Assembly (NCBI GenBank): GCA_965649115.1
Contig: CBFGJN010000035.1
Coordinates: 1 to 19,519, forward strand
Length of the DNA stretch: 19,519 bases
Direction: 5' to 3'
From: a candidate division WOR-3 bacterium
GTDB lineage: Bacteria; Hydrothermota; Hydrothermia; LBFQ01; DSFT01
The notes under the pieces are model-generated. The model did no database searches, was not told the DNA's origin, and saw only the letters and a program-made list of their open reading frames with translations. A program made the translations under genes and the position numbers. Shown here piece by piece: positions 6,418 through 16,493 of the stretch (position 1 is the first letter of the stretch; every line of letters starts with the position of its first letter).

Positions 6418-7946
6418 TTTTCTTCTTTCTGAGCTTTTAATAAATTAAATAAATCATCAGTTGTCTTTGCTTTTGATAAAATTTCAATAGCTTTATTTAG
6501 GACTTCATCATACTTTAAGAATTTTTCATATCTACCCTTTGAACCTTGAATAATTTCAGAAATACTAATATCAAGATTTTTCATTACTTTTTCCTTAACA
6601 GGCTCTATCTCTTTTACATTATATCCTTTGTTTTTAGCAAAGTTAATAAATTCTTCATATGTTTTATCATCAATTTCAAAGGTTTTAGCATTTGGATTTT
6701 TCTTCTTCCACTCACTAGCAAATTCATTAAATAATCCATCACTAATCATTTTGGCAATAATTTGAGGTTCTGGTTTATTTTCAACTACAATATCAGGTGC
6801 TATTCCCCCACCACTGTAAACTTTTCTATTTAATTTTTTTGTAAAAAATAGTAAATTCGTTTCTTTCTTCGTTTTTTCTCTTCTTTCCTTTAGGGTTTTG
6901 GTAGTTCTATCTATCGACCTACCTGATAGAGTATAATATCTTGAAGTAGTTAGTTTTATTGCATAATTGTCCTTTAATGGGATTACTCTTTGAACTGAAC
7001 CTTTACCAAATGATGTATCTCCTATAATTAAAGCCCTATCCCAATCTTGTAAAGCACCAGCTACAACTTCTGATGCACTTGCAGAACCATAATCAATCAA
7101 AACAACAAGTGGGACATTAAAATCTAATTCCGGATCACTTGTTGCCCTAAAATATTCCTCAGAATCAATAGTTCTACCCTTCGTAAAGACTATCATAGAA
7201 TTTTTTTCTAAAAATAAATTAGCAACTCTAACTGCTTCATATAATAATCCACCAGGATTACCTCTTAAATCTAAAATAAACTTTTTAGCTCCTAATTGTC
7301 TTAAACTATCAATAACATCCTTTAACTTATCCGATGAACCTTGTGAAAATTGAGAAAATTTAATATATCCAATATCATTTTTAAAAAGACTAAAATATGG
7401 AATTATTGGAACATTTATAATTTCTCTAATTAATTCAAAGTTTAAGAACTCGGTAAAACCTGGTCTTAAAATTGTAATTTTAACTTTTGTTCCAGGTTCT
7501 CCCTTTATCTTGTTTATAACATCTTCAAGATCTAAATTCGCTATGCTCGTATCATTAACTTTTACGATAATATCACCGGGTTTTATTCCAGCCCTATATG
7601 CAGGTGTTCCTTCAAATGTAGAAACTACTACGACATTTGCTCCTTGTTTTCTAACCTCCATTCCAACACCACCATAAGTTCCAGATGTTGAACTTCTTAA
7701 CTTTTCTAAATCTTCTGGGGTTAAAAATTCAGAATATGGATCAAGACTTTCTAACATTCCCTTTATTGATTGTTCAACTAAATCGGCTGGATCTTCTTCC
7801 TCTACATAATTTTCCTGAATTATTCTTATCGTTTGGTCATAGATTTCTTGAAGAGTTCTAAGATTCTTTGAGGTTTGAAGAGCATAACCTATGGTTATTC
7901 CTAAAATCATAGATAGTAATAAAAATATAATGTTTCTTACTTTCAT
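6414..7946 (-). CDS. ctpA: Carboxyl-terminal processing protease (S41A, PDZ domain), N-terminal signal/anchor
   Basis: LDPYS, PDZ GGVGMEV...PAYRAGIKPGD, ILDLRGNPGG, SASASEVVAGALQD, SFGKGSVQ. Confidence 0.93.
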   Translation of the reverse strand: MKVRNIIFLLLSMILGITIGYALQTSKNLRTLQEIYDQTIRIIQENYVEEEDPADLVEQSIKGMLESLDPYSEFLTPEDLEKLRSSTSGTYGGVGMEVRKQGANVVVVSTFEGTPAYRAGIKPGDIIVKVNDTSIANLDLEDVINKIKGEPGTKVKITILRPGFTEFLNFELIREIINVPIIPYFSLFKNDIGYIKFSQFSQGSSDKLKDVIDSLRQLGAKKFILDLRGNPGGLLYEAVRVANLFLEKNSMIVFTKGRTIDSEEYFRATSDPELDFNVPLVVLIDYGSASASEVVAGALQDWDRALIIGDTSFGKGSVQRVIPLKDNYAIKLTTSRYYTLSGRSIDRTTKTLKERREKTKKETNLLFFTKKLNRKVYSGGGIAPDIVVENKPEPQIIAKMISDGLFNEFASEWKKKNPNAKTFEIDDKTYEEFINFAKNKGYNVKEIEPVKEKVMKNLDISISEIIQGSKGRYEKFLKYDEVLNKAIEILSKAKTTDDLFNLLKAQKEEK

Positions 7947-8584
7947 CGTTTCACCTCCTTACCTATAAAATTTTCGGTTATCTCAAAAACTTTTTGTTTT
8001 AAGGTTTGAAGTTCCATCGTTCCGTCTAAAATTATAAACCTCAACGGTTCATTTCTCGCAATTTCAATATATCCAAGTCGCACACGCTTATAAAATTCAA
8101 TTTCTTCACTTTCAATTCTATCTAAAATTTTGTCTTTTATTCTATTTAAAGAAACTTCTTCTGGAAGGTCTATTAGAAATGTTAAATCTGGTTTTACTCC
8201 CAAAGTTGCTATTTCGTTTAATTTCTTTAAAAGTTTCAAATCTATTTTTCTACCATAACCTTGGTAAGCTATCGTTGAATCCATATATCTATCGGAAATA
8301 ACAATATAGCCATTTTTCAACTTTGGGATAATAAAATTTTTCGTATGTTCATATCTACTTGCTAAAAATAAAAATAGCTCAGAATAATCAGGAATTTCAA
8401 ATTCATTACTTAATAAAATTTCTCTTATTTTCTCACCAAGTTTTCCTCCACCAGGCTCTCTTGTAAAAACAACTTTATAATTTTTACTATTTAAATATTC
8501 ATATAATTCTTTTGCAAGTGTTGATTTCCCACTACCTTCTATCCCCTCAAACGTTATTAATTTTCCGTATTTGCTTTTATCCAA
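7943..8584 (-). CDS. tmk: Thymidylate kinase
   Basis: [14 protein letters not shown]-loop, [21 protein letters not shown] start overlaps the ino1 3' end, so the exact start is uncertain. Confidence 0.96.
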   Translation of the reverse strand: MDKSKYGKLITFEGIEGSGKSTLAKELYEYLNSKNYKVVFTREPGGGKLGEKIREILLSNEFEIPDYSELFLFLASRYEHTKNFIIPKLKNGYIVISDRYMDSTIAYQGYGRKIDLKLLKKLNEIATLGVKPDLTFLIDLPEEVSLNRIKDKILDRIESEEIEFYKRVRLGYIEIARNEPLRFIILDGTMELQTLKQKVFEITENFIGKEVKR

Positions 8585-9639
8585 TTTTCTAATATCTTCC
8601 TTGCTTCAAAATCTGGTATTTGTTTTGGTGGTGTTTTAAAGAAATAAGCAGACGGTTCAATAATAGCACCTGATAAGCCTCTATCCTTTGCAATTTTAGC
8701 ACATCTAATAGCATCTATCATAACACCTGCACTATTAGGTGAATCCCAAACTTCAAGCTTCAATTCTATATTTAATGGAACACCTCCAAATGCAGAACCT
8801 TCTATTCTTATATAACACCATTTTCTATCTTTAAGCCAAGGTATATAATCAGAAGGTCCAATATGAATATTTTCATCTCCAATATCATAAGGTATTAGAC
8901 TTCTAACAGCATTCGTTTTTGAAATTTTCTTAGATTCCAATCTTTCTCTTTCAAGCATATTTAAAAAGTCAGTATTACCCCCAAAATTTATTTGATAAGT
9001 TCTTTCAATTTTTACCCCTCTTTCTATTAGTAGTTGAGTTAAAACCCTATGAACAATAGTGGCTCCAACTTGTGATTTTATATCATCTCCAAGAACAGGT
9101 AATCCAGCTTCTTCAAATCTTTTACTCCAATATTCAGATGATGCTATAAATACAGGAATACCATTAACAAATGCTGCTCCTGCATCAATAACTTGCTCAA
9201 CGTACCATTTAGTAGCTTCTTCACTACCAACAGGTAGAAAATTTACAACTACATCAACGCCTAAATCTCTAAAAATTTTTGATATATTTTCAGTAGGTCC
9301 TGGCGCTTTTTTTATTATCCCCGAAAGGTACTTACCTATACCATCATGTGTCATTCCTCTATATACTTTCGCATTTAATTTTGGAACATCAGCAAACTTA
9401 TAAGTATTATTTGGATATTCAAAAATTGCTTCAGATAAATCTTTTCCAACCTTTCTTTCATCAATATCAACACCAGCTACAAACTCTATATCTGAAATAT
9501 GATAACCACCGAGAACAGGATGCATTATTCCAGGAATGAAATCATCTTCTTTTGCATCTCTATAATAATAAACACCTTGAACTAAACTTGATGCGCAGTT
9601 CCCAACACCTATTATAGCAACTCTTATTTTCTTAGACAT
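8557..9639 (-). CDS. ino1: myo-inositol-1-phosphate synthase (short actinobacterial/archaeal-type)
   Basis: [67 protein letters not shown] upstream. Confidence 0.95.
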   Translation of the reverse strand: MSKKIRVAIIGVGNCASSLVQGVYYYRDAKEDDFIPGIMHPVLGGYHISDIEFVAGVDIDERKVGKDLSEAIFEYPNNTYKFADVPKLNAKVYRGMTHDGIGKYLSGIIKKAPGPTENISKIFRDLGVDVVVNFLPVGSEEATKWYVEQVIDAGAAFVNGIPVFIASSEYWSKRFEEAGLPVLGDDIKSQVGATIVHRVLTQLLIERGVKIERTYQINFGGNTDFLNMLERERLESKKISKTNAVRSLIPYDIGDENIHIGPSDYIPWLKDRKWCYIRIEGSAFGGVPLNIELKLEVWDSPNSAGVMIDAIRCAKIAKDRGLSGAIIEPSAYFFKTPPKQIPDFEARKILENWIKANTEN

Positions 9640-9651
9640 GTTTAACCTCCT

Positions 9652-10068
9652 TTAAAAAACCAATCCACCTTCTCTTGCTCCCTCTGCCAATGCCTTAACC
9701 CTTCCATGATACTTATATCCACCTCTATCAAAAACAACTCTTTTATATCCCTTTTCAATTGCCCTTTTTGCAATTAATCTACCAACTAATTTAGCAATAT
9801 TTGTTTTACCCTTAATGCCTTTTTCTTTCACCTCTTCTAATACTTCTTTTGACAAACTTGAAGCACCCGTTATAACTTTACAAGGACCAACTGGCGGATC
9901 AATTACAATTTGAGCATAAATATGTTTATGACTTCTAAAAACAACAAGTCTTGGTTTTTCAGGTGTTCCTCTTATATTTAATCTTTTTCTAATAGCAATA
10001 TGTCTTCTTTTTCTCCTTAAATATCTTTCCTTAGGTAATTTCTTTTCTTTTAATTTTGCACTTGACAT
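9652..10068 (-). CDS. rplR: 50S ribosomal protein uL18
   Basis: [41 protein letters not shown]. Confidence 0.97.
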   Translation of the reverse strand: MSSAKLKEKKLPKERYLRRKRRHIAIRKRLNIRGTPEKPRLVVFRSHKHIYAQIVIDPPVGPCKVITGASSLSKEVLEEVKEKGIKGKTNIAKLVGRLIAKRAIEKGYKRVVFDRGGYKYHGRVKALAEGAREGGLVF

Positions 10069-10080
10069 ATTTTTCCTCCC

Positions 10081-10629
10081 TCATTTCTTAGCAGCAGCCT
10101 TTCCAGGCTTGAGTTTTAAAGGAATGTTAGCATACCATATACCTTTACCTTTATAAATATCAGGAGGCTTTATACTTACTATTTGAGCAGCAACAAGACC
10201 AACTTTTTCTTTATCTGGACCCTCTAAAATGATTTTATTTTGTCCTTCTACTTTAAAGGTTATACCATCAGGAACTTCATATTCAACTTGATGAGAATAT
10301 CCAACTTGGAAAACCAATTTTTTACCCTCCGCTCTTACTCTATAACCTGTTCCTTGAACAATAAGTTCTTTCCTATATGGATTGACAACACCATTTACCA
10401 TATTTGAAATTATTCTATAAACAGTTCCTGATAGAGCTTTATGAAACTTATCATCAGACTTCTTTCTAACCCATATTTCGTTTTTTTCTTTGTTATATTC
10501 AATAATAGCATCCTTATGAAATACTTTTGAAACTTCACCTTTTGGACCTTTAACTTTTACAAAAGTCCCCTCTATAAAAACTTCAACCCCCTTAGGAACA
10601 ATAATGGGTTTTTTTATAAGCTTTGACAT
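10081..10629 (-). CDS. rplF: 50S ribosomal protein uL6 (start reassigned to MSKLIKKPI)
   Basis: VKGPKGE, GTGYRV, GYSH, PDIYKGKGI. The ATG at 10629 matches the conserved N-terminus and follows the rpsH stop. Confidence 0.96.
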   Translation of the reverse strand: MSKLIKKPIIVPKGVEVFIEGTFVKVKGPKGEVSKVFHKDAIIEYNKEKNEIWVRKKSDDKFHKALSGTVYRIISNMVNGVVNPYRKELIVQGTGYRVRAEGKKLVFQVGYSHQVEYEVPDGITFKVEGQNKIILEGPDKEKVGLVAAQIVSIKPPDIYKGKGIWYANIPLKLKPGKAAAKK

Positions 10630-10630
10630 T

Positions 10631-11017
10631 TTACCAAACCTCCAATAGTAATTCTCCTCCAACTTTTAATCTTCTAGCATCTCTATCAGTCAATATTCCT
10701 TTTGGGGTAGACAGGATAGCTATCCCTATACCATTCATAACAGGCTTAAGTTCCTTATAACTTACATAAACTCTTCTTGAAGGTTTTGAAATCCTCTTTA
10801 AATCAGTTATTACTGGTGAGCCATCTGGAAAATATCTTAATTTTACAACTATTGACTTTTCCTTTTCCTCATAATCCTCAATGAAACCTTCCTTTTTAAG
10901 AATTTTTAAAATTTCTATTTTCATTTTTGATTTAGGATAAACCTCTATAAATTCCTTCTTCCTTATTTGGCCATTCTTTATTCTTATAAGCATATCTGAA
11001 ATTGGATCAGTTAGCAT
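10631..11017 (-). CDS. rpsH: 30S ribosomal protein uS8 (start reassigned to MLTDPISDML)
   Basis: DPISDMLIRIKN, RISKPSRRVY, GIAILSTPKG. GGAGGTGG lies 5 nt before the ATG at 11017. Confidence 0.97.
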   Translation of the reverse strand: MLTDPISDMLIRIKNGQIRKKEFIEVYPKSKMKIEILKILKKEGFIEDYEEKEKSIVVKLRYFPDGSPVITDLKRISKPSRRVYVSYKELKPVMNGIGIAILSTPKGILTDRDARRLKVGGELLLEVW

Positions 11018-11030
11018 AGGTTCCACCTCC

Positions 11031-11216
11031 TTACCAACTTGCTTTCCTTACGCCAGGAATTTTACCTTGAAGCGCCAACTCTCTAAAACAAACTCTACAA
11101 ATTCCAAACTTCCTCATATAACCATTATCTCTTCCACATAATTTACAGCGGTTTCTTTTCCTTACTTTAAATTTAGGTTCTCTTTTAGCTTTCTCAATTT
11201 GAGCTTTTCTTGCCAT
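11031..11216 (-). CDS. rpsZ: 30S ribosomal protein uS14, 61-aa zinc-binding (C+) type
   Basis: RNRCKLCGR...[16 protein letters not shown]. Confidence 0.97.
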   Translation of the reverse strand: MARKAQIEKAKREPKFKVRKRNRCKLCGRDNGYMRKFGICRVCFRELALQGKIPGVRKASW

Positions 11217-11219
11217 ATT

Positions 11220-11762
11220 TTACCCCCTTTCAAAAGGGAAATTTAAGCTTTTCAGAAGTTCATAAGCACTTTTGTCATCCTTAGCACTAGTGACAATCGT
11301 TATATCCATACCAAAAACCTTTTGAACTTTATCAATATCAATCTCCGGAAATATCGTATGTTCATCTATTCCAAAATTATAATTACCATGACCATCAAAG
11401 CCATCTTTTGGTAATCCTCTAAAATCTTTAACCCTTGGTAAAGCAAAATTTATTAATCTATCAAGAAAATCATATGCCCTAGACTTTCTTAATGTAACCT
11501 TCAAAGCAATCGGTATTCCTTTTCTTAATTTAAATGATGCTATATTTCTTTTTGCTTTTATTATAAGTGGTTTTTGACCAGTAATTAAACTTAAATCAGC
11601 GCTTGCAACATCAATTATTTTAGGATCAGAGATTGCTTCTCCAAGAGCAGAGTTTATTACTATTTTTATAATTCTTGGAACTTCATAGATATTCTTATAG
11701 CCCATTTCTTTCATAAGCTTAGGAACAACTTCATTTCTATAATATTCAAGTAATCTAGACAT
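11220..11762 (-). CDS. rplE: 50S ribosomal protein uL5
   Basis: [42 protein letters not shown]. Confidence 0.98.
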   Translation of the reverse strand: MSRLLEYYRNEVVPKLMKEMGYKNIYEVPRIIKIVINSALGEAISDPKIIDVASADLSLITGQKPLIIKAKRNIASFKLRKGIPIALKVTLRKSRAYDFLDRLINFALPRVKDFRGLPKDGFDGHGNYNFGIDEHTIFPEIDIDKVQKVFGMDITIVTSAKDDKSAYELLKSLNFPFERG

Positions 11763-12099
11763 TATCTATAACCTCCCCACTTTTTTTAGCATATCTAACT
11801 TTTATAAGCTTTCCATTTTTCTCTATGAACTTAAATCCAACTCTTGTTCTTTCACCTGTCTTTGGATCTATAAGCATAACCTTAGATATATAAATTGGAG
11901 CTTCTTTTTTAATTATTCCAGATTGTTCATTTGCTTTTCTAGCTCTGTAATGCTTTTTAACTAAATTAACACCTTCCACAATTACTTTTATTGGTTTTCT
12001 TGTCTTTTCATCATATACAACTTTAAGAACTCTTCCTTTTTTTCCTTTATCCTTTCCTGATATTACAACTACATAGTCGCCCTTTTTAATTTTTGCCAT
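11755..12099 (-). CDS. rplX: 50S ribosomal protein uL24
   Basis: KOW motif [33 protein letters not shown]. Confidence 0.97.
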   Translation of the reverse strand: MAKIKKGDYVVVISGKDKGKKGRVLKVVYDEKTRKPIKVIVEGVNLVKKHYRARKANEQSGIIKKEAPIYISKVMLIDPKTGERTRVGFKFIEKNGKLIKVRYAKKSGEVIDNV

Positions 12100-12100
12100 A

Positions 12101-12481
12101 CTATAAAACCTCCGGTGCTAATGAAATAATCCTTAAAAATCCTTTTTCTCTAAGTTCTCTTGCAACAGGTCCAAAAATTCTTGTACCTCTCATTTCACCA
12201 GCTTGATTTATAAGAACAACAGCATTATCATCAAATCTTATATAAGTTCCATCTTTTCTTCTTACTTCCTTCTTTGTTCTAATAATAACAGCTCTATGAA
12301 CTTCCCCTTTTTTGATAGGAGCATTTGGAAGGGCTTTCTTTATTGAAACAACAACAATATCACCGACCTTTCCATAAACTCTTCCCTTCTTTTTACCCGA
12401 GCCTTTTAGAACTCTAATAACCATAGCTTCTTGTGCTCCGCTATTATCAGCAACTTTAACCCATGTAAAATCCTGAATCAT
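12101..12481 (-). CDS. rplN: 50S ribosomal protein uL14
   Basis: [38 protein letters not shown]. Confidence 0.98.
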   Translation of the reverse strand: MIQDFTWVKVADNSGAQEAMVIRVLKGSGKKKGRVYGKVGDIVVVSIKKALPNAPIKKGEVHRAVIIRTKKEVRRKDGTYIRFDDNAVVLINQAGEMRGTRIFGPVARELREKGFLRIISLAPEVL

Positions 12482-12483
12482 AA

Positions 12484-12726
12484 TTATTCACTCCTTTTTA
12501 AAATTTGCTTAATTATCCATCTTTTTAGCTTTGAAAGGGGTCTTGTTTCCTCTATTAAAACTACATCACCCACTTTTGTTTCATTATTTTCATCATGAGC
12601 ATAAAATTTCTTTCTTACTTTAATGTACTTTTTATACTTTGGGTGCATTTTAAGTCTTTCTACTAAAACTACTCTTGTCTTATTCATTTTATCAGATATA
12701 ACAACACCTACTCTCTGCTTTCTCAT
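12484..12726 (-). CDS. rpsQ: 30S ribosomal protein uS17
   Basis: [34 protein letters not shown]. Confidence 0.98.
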   Translation of the reverse strand: MRKQRVGVVISDKMNKTRVVLVERLKMHPKYKKYIKVRKKFYAHDENNETKVGDVVLIEETRPLSKLKRWIIKQILKRSE

Positions 12727-12926
12727 AGCCTAATCCCCCTCTCATTTAAAATTGTTAGAATTCTTGCTATATCTCTCTTTATAATTCTTATTGAAGCAGT
12801 ATCCTCAATTTGACCAAATGTCTTTTTAATTTTTAAGTCAAATAATTTATTTTTTAGTTCATTATATTTAGCTATTAATTCATCGTTTGTAAGCTTTCTT
12901 AAATCCTTTGCTTTAAGCGGTTTCAT
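12723..12926 (-). CDS. rpmC: 50S ribosomal protein uL29
   Basis: [21 protein letters not shown]; canonical position between rplP and rpsQ. Confidence 0.95.
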   Translation of the reverse strand: MKPLKAKDLRKLTNDELIAKYNELKNKLFDLKIKKTFGQIEDTASIRIIKRDIARILTILNERGIRL

Positions 12927-13342
12927 ACACCCCCCTCACTTCTTTTTACAATTCTTGTCTTAATTGGAAGTTTATATTGAGCTAGCCTAAGAGCTTCAAG
13001 GGCATCCTCTTCCTTAACACCAGCTATCTCAAAGAGAATTTTTCCTCTTTTCACAACTGCTACCCACTTTTCAACATTTCCTTTACCTTTACCCATTCTT
13101 GTTTCAGGTGGTCTTGCTGTAACAGGTTTATCAGGAAAAATTCTAATCCAGAGCTTACCACCTTTCTTTAAAGCTCTTGTTATAGTAACTCTACAAGCCT
13201 CTATCTGATTCGAAGTTATCCAAGCACTTTCAAGAGCCTTAAGTCCATAATCTCCAAAAGCCAAATACCATCCCCCCTTTGCCTTGCCATCAAGTCTTCC
13301 CCTTTGTTGTTTTCTGTACTTTACCTTCTTAGGCATTAACAT
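12923..13342 (-). CDS. rplP: 50S ribosomal protein uL16
   Basis: [33 protein letters not shown]. Confidence 0.98.
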   Translation of the reverse strand: MLMPKKVKYRKQQRGRLDGKAKGGWYLAFGDYGLKALESAWITSNQIEACRVTITRALKKGGKLWIRIFPDKPVTARPPETRMGKGKGNVEKWVAVVKRGKILFEIAGVKEEDALEALRLAQYKLPIKTRIVKRSEGGV

Positions 13343-13344
13343 TT

Positions 13345-14004
13345 TTAAACCTCCTCAATTGGTCTTTCAAGCTTATCACCCTTATATATCCAAACTTTAA
13401 CTCCAATTGTACCATATTTTGTATAAGCAGTAGCAAAACCATAATCAATATCTGCTCTTATTGTTTGAAGAGGAACCCTACCTTTTATGTACCACTCCTT
13501 TCTTGCCATTTCAGCACCCGCAAGCCTTCCTTTTGCCTGAACTTTAATTCCTTTAACACCTCTTTTAAGTGCTATTTCAACTGCTCTTTTCATAACCCTT
13601 CTATGATTCGCTCTTTGTTCAATTCTCTTAGCTATATTTTCTGCAACAAGTTGAGCATCAGTTTCGGGCGAATGAACTTCTTGAACATTAACCCCAATGT
13701 TATCCTTATCTGTAATTTTTGTAATTTTTAAAAGTTCTTGTTTTAAGCTTTCAATTTCACTTCCTTTCTTGCCTATTATAAAACCAGGTCTTGCAGTATA
13801 AATACTAACGGTTATTTTTTCTCCTGCCCTATCTATAACAATTTTTGAAATTTGTCCATTTGGAAATCTTTTCTTAATATAATCCCTAATTTTTTGGTCC
13901 TCTAAAAGCACTTCGGGGATATCTTTATCCTTAGCATACCAGTGAGATTCCCAGTCTTTATTAACACCAATCCTAAAACCAATAGGATGGACCTTTTGTC
14001 CCAT
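13345..14004 (-). CDS. rpsC: 30S ribosomal protein uS3
   Basis: [43 protein letters not shown]. Confidence 0.98.
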   Translation of the reverse strand: MGQKVHPIGFRIGVNKDWESHWYAKDKDIPEVLLEDQKIRDYIKKRFPNGQISKIVIDRAGEKITVSIYTARPGFIIGKKGSEIESLKQELLKITKITDKDNIGVNVQEVHSPETDAQLVAENIAKRIEQRANHRRVMKRAVEIALKRGVKGIKVQAKGRLAGAEMARKEWYIKGRVPLQTIRADIDYGFATAYTKYGTIGVKVWIYKGDKLERPIEEV

Positions 14005-14426
14005 TACTTAATAACCTCCTTTTTTATAGGATAAGGTTTATTAAGATAATTTTTATACTCCTCAATTTCATCAGAAGCAACAACTTCAACAGTAATATGA
14101 CATGTTCTTCTTTTAAATGTTGAATAACCTCCAAATCTCATAGGCTTAACAGCAGGTTTTAAAATTCTCCAAGATGGTCCCTGATCAACCTTTGTAAATA
14201 CAATCAATTCGCTTTCATCAACTGCATTATTACCAGCTTTATTATTATATGAAGCAATAGCTGATTTAAGAGCTTTCATAAACCAATAAGCAGCCCTCTT
14301 TCTTGTAAATTTTAATATATGTTTTGCTTCATAAGCGGTTTTCCATCTTATTAAGTCCGCAACAAGTTTTGCTTTCTTAGGAGAAAGTCTTATGTACTTT
14401 AAGTAAGCTTTACCTACAACTATCAT
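14004..14426 (-). CDS. rplV: 50S ribosomal protein uL22, divergent beta-hairpin and C-terminal extension
   Basis: [32 protein letters not shown]; position between rpsS and rpsC. Confidence 0.93.
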   Translation of the reverse strand: MIVVGKAYLKYIRLSPKKAKLVADLIRWKTAYEAKHILKFTRKRAAYWFMKALKSAIASYNNKAGNNAVDESELIVFTKVDQGPSWRILKPAVKPMRFGGYSTFKRRTCHITVEVVASDEIEEYKNYLNKPYPIKKEVIK

Positions 14427-14710
14427 GAAGCTCCCTCCTTAACTTTTGCTGTTTTTTCCTTATGGCCTCCAAATGTTCTTGTAGGTGAAAACTCACCAAG
14501 TTTATGACCAACCATATCTTGTGTAACATAAACAGGTATAAACTTTCTTCCATTATGAACCAAAAAAGTATGTCCCACAAATTCAGGAATAATAGTACTT
14601 CTTCTTGAATAAGTTTTTATTGGTTGTTTCTGTCCTTTTTCATTCATCTTTTTAACTTTTTCTAATAACTTCGGATCTACATATGGACCTTTTTTAATAG
14701 ATCTTCCCAT
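14423..14710 (-). CDS. rpsS: 30S ribosomal protein uS19 (start reassigned to MGRSIKKGP)
   Basis: [43 protein letters not shown] precedes the ATG at 14710. Confidence 0.97.
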   Translation of the reverse strand: MGRSIKKGPYVDPKLLEKVKKMNEKGQKQPIKTYSRRSTIIPEFVGHTFLVHNGRKFIPVYVTQDMVGHKLGEFSPTRTFGGHKEKTAKVKEGAS

Positions 14711-14711
14711 A

Positions 14712-15563
14712 TTACTTCCTCCTCTTAACAATAAATTTACTTGATGTTTTTCTTGGATTTCTCGTTTTTCCACCCTTTGAAAGAACACCACTTGGACCTC
14801 TTGGGATTCTACCCTTACCTCTTCCCTCACCACCACCTTGTGGATGGTCAACGGGATTCATAGCCATACCTCTTACATGAGGTCTAATACCCATCCATCT
14901 ACTTCTACCAGCTTTACCAATTACTACATTTTCCCAATCAACATTAGAAACCTGGCCAATTGTTGCCCTACATTTTAAATTAATTTTCCTAACTTCTCCA
15001 CTTGGTAATTGAACGAAGGCATAATTACCTTCCTTTGATAAAATAAGAGCTTGTGTTCCAGCAGACCTAACTAATTGACCACCTCTTCCTGGAAATAGTT
15101 CAATGTTATGTATTGGAATACCTTCTGGAATATATTTCAATGGTAAGCTGTTGCCGATTTTAATTTCTGGTTCAATAGAACCACTATCAAGTTTTTCAAG
15201 TGAATAAGATATAATTCTATCTCCAACTTTAATACCCTCTGGTGCAAGAATGTACCTCTTTTCACCATCATCATACTTAACAAGACTTATAAATGCTGTT
15301 CTATAAGGGTCATATTCAATGGATTCTACTGTTCCAAAAACATCAAATTTATCCCTTTTAAAATCAACAATTCTATAAAGAATTTTATTTCCACCACCTC
15401 TATGCCTTGCAGTAATTCTACCTAAGTTATTTCTTCCAGCTGTCTTTTTAAGTCTTATTATTAAACTTTTTTCGGGTTCTTCTTTGGTTATGTACTGCGA
15501 ATAATCAATTACTGTCATAAATCTTCTACTTGGTGTATATGGTTTAAACTTTTTTACTGCCAT
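14712..15563 (-). CDS. rplB: 50S ribosomal protein uL2
   Basis: [45 protein letters not shown]. Confidence 0.98.
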   Translation of the reverse strand: MAVKKFKPYTPSRRFMTVIDYSQYITKEEPEKSLIIRLKKTAGRNNLGRITARHRGGGNKILYRIVDFKRDKFDVFGTVESIEYDPYRTAFISLVKYDDGEKRYILAPEGIKVGDRIISYSLEKLDSGSIEPEIKIGNSLPLKYIPEGIPIHNIELFPGRGGQLVRSAGTQALILSKEGNYAFVQLPSGEVRKINLKCRATIGQVSNVDWENVVIGKAGRSRWMGIRPHVRGMAMNPVDHPQGGGEGRGKGRIPRGPSGVLSKGGKTRNPRKTSSKFIVKRRK

Positions 15564-15566
15564 ATC

Positions 15567-15863
15567 CTATACCCCCTTTAAGGCTTCAATACTATAACCC
15601 TCTTTTAACTTTACATAAGCTTTCTTCCAAGCCTTTGTCCATCCTAATTTTCTTCTGTTTCTTATACTACTTCTTGGTTTTGGCTTTATAATTAATGTTC
15701 TTACTTTCTCTACTTTAACATTAAATAACTTTTCAACAGCTTCCTTAATTAAACTTTTATTAGCATTCATATGGACCTCAAAAACATAAGTTCTATGAAA
15801 GTCTCTATATTTTAAAGCCTTTTCCGTTATAATAGGTCTTATTATAACATCTCTAATATCCAT
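15567..15863 (-). CDS. rplW: 50S ribosomal protein uL23
   Basis: RPIITEKA, YVFEV...ANK..IKEAVEKLFNVKVEKV, WKKAYVKL. Confidence 0.96.
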   Translation of the reverse strand: MDIRDVIIRPIITEKALKYRDFHRTYVFEVHMNANKSLIKEAVEKLFNVKVEKVRTLIIKPKPRSSIRNRRKLGWTKAWKKAYVKLKEGYSIEALKGV

Positions 15864-15866
15864 TTT

Positions 15867-16493
15867 TTAACCTCCAAGTCTTTGAAGAAGTTTATCAATG
15901 GCAGTTTTCTCCAAGAGAACATATTCACTATCAACAACATCTAAGGTGTTAAATTCCATGACAGGTTTTATATTAGTTTTTTCTATATTGCGAGCAGATA
16001 AGTAAAGATTTTTATTGTAATCACTTGGAACAAATAATAATTTTTTATTTTCTAAATTTAATTTTTTAAGTAGTTCATAAATTCTTTTGGTTTTTATTTC
16101 ATTCAATTCAAAATCTTCAAAAACTATTATTCTATTTTCTTTTGCTCTATCACTTAGAGCCATTTTCAAAGATAATCTAATTGCTTTTTTGGGAATTGAA
16201 TATGAGTAATCTCTTGGCTTTACCGCATGAGCCTGACCGCCACCAACAAAAATAGGCGCATATCTATCACCATGTCTTGCCCTACCTGTGTGTTTTTGAG
16301 CCCAAATTTTCCTTCTTGAACCTTTTACTTCGCTTCTATTTTTAGCAGAATGCGTTCCTTGTCTTTTGTTTGCCATGTACATCTTAACAACTTCCCAAAT
16401 AAGATGCTGTTTAATTTGAACATTAAATATACTTTCTGGAAGCTCAATTTCTCCAAGATTTTCAGCATTTAAATTGTAAATTGGAGCCTTCAT
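15867..16493 (-). CDS. rplD: 50S ribosomal protein uL4
   Basis: RQGTHSAKNRSEV, QKHTGRARHG, GGG...KPRDYS, SARNI. Confidence 0.97.
   Translation of the reverse strand: MKAPIYNLNAENLGEIELPESIFNVQIKQHLIWEVVKMYMANKRQGTHSAKNRSEVKGSRRKIWAQKHTGRARHGDRYAPIFVGGGQAHAVKPRDYSYSIPKKAIRLSLKMALSDRAKENRIIVFEDFELNEIKTKRIYELLKKLNLENKKLLFVPSDYNKNLYLSARNIEKTNIKPVMEFNTLDVVDSEYVLLEKTAIDKLLQRLGG

Noticed and set aside
10630..14851. N-terminal extensions of uL6 (to 10662), uS8 (to 11026) and uS19 (to 14851) in the ORF track
   Set aside because: Longest-ORF artefacts that overlap upstream genes or the RBS; downstream ATGs match the conserved N-termini.
16250..16310. uL4 loop QKHTGRAR instead of QKGTGRAR as a resistance mutation
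   Set aside because: QKHTGRARHG is the normal form in Thermus and Thermotoga uL4 as I recall; not novel.
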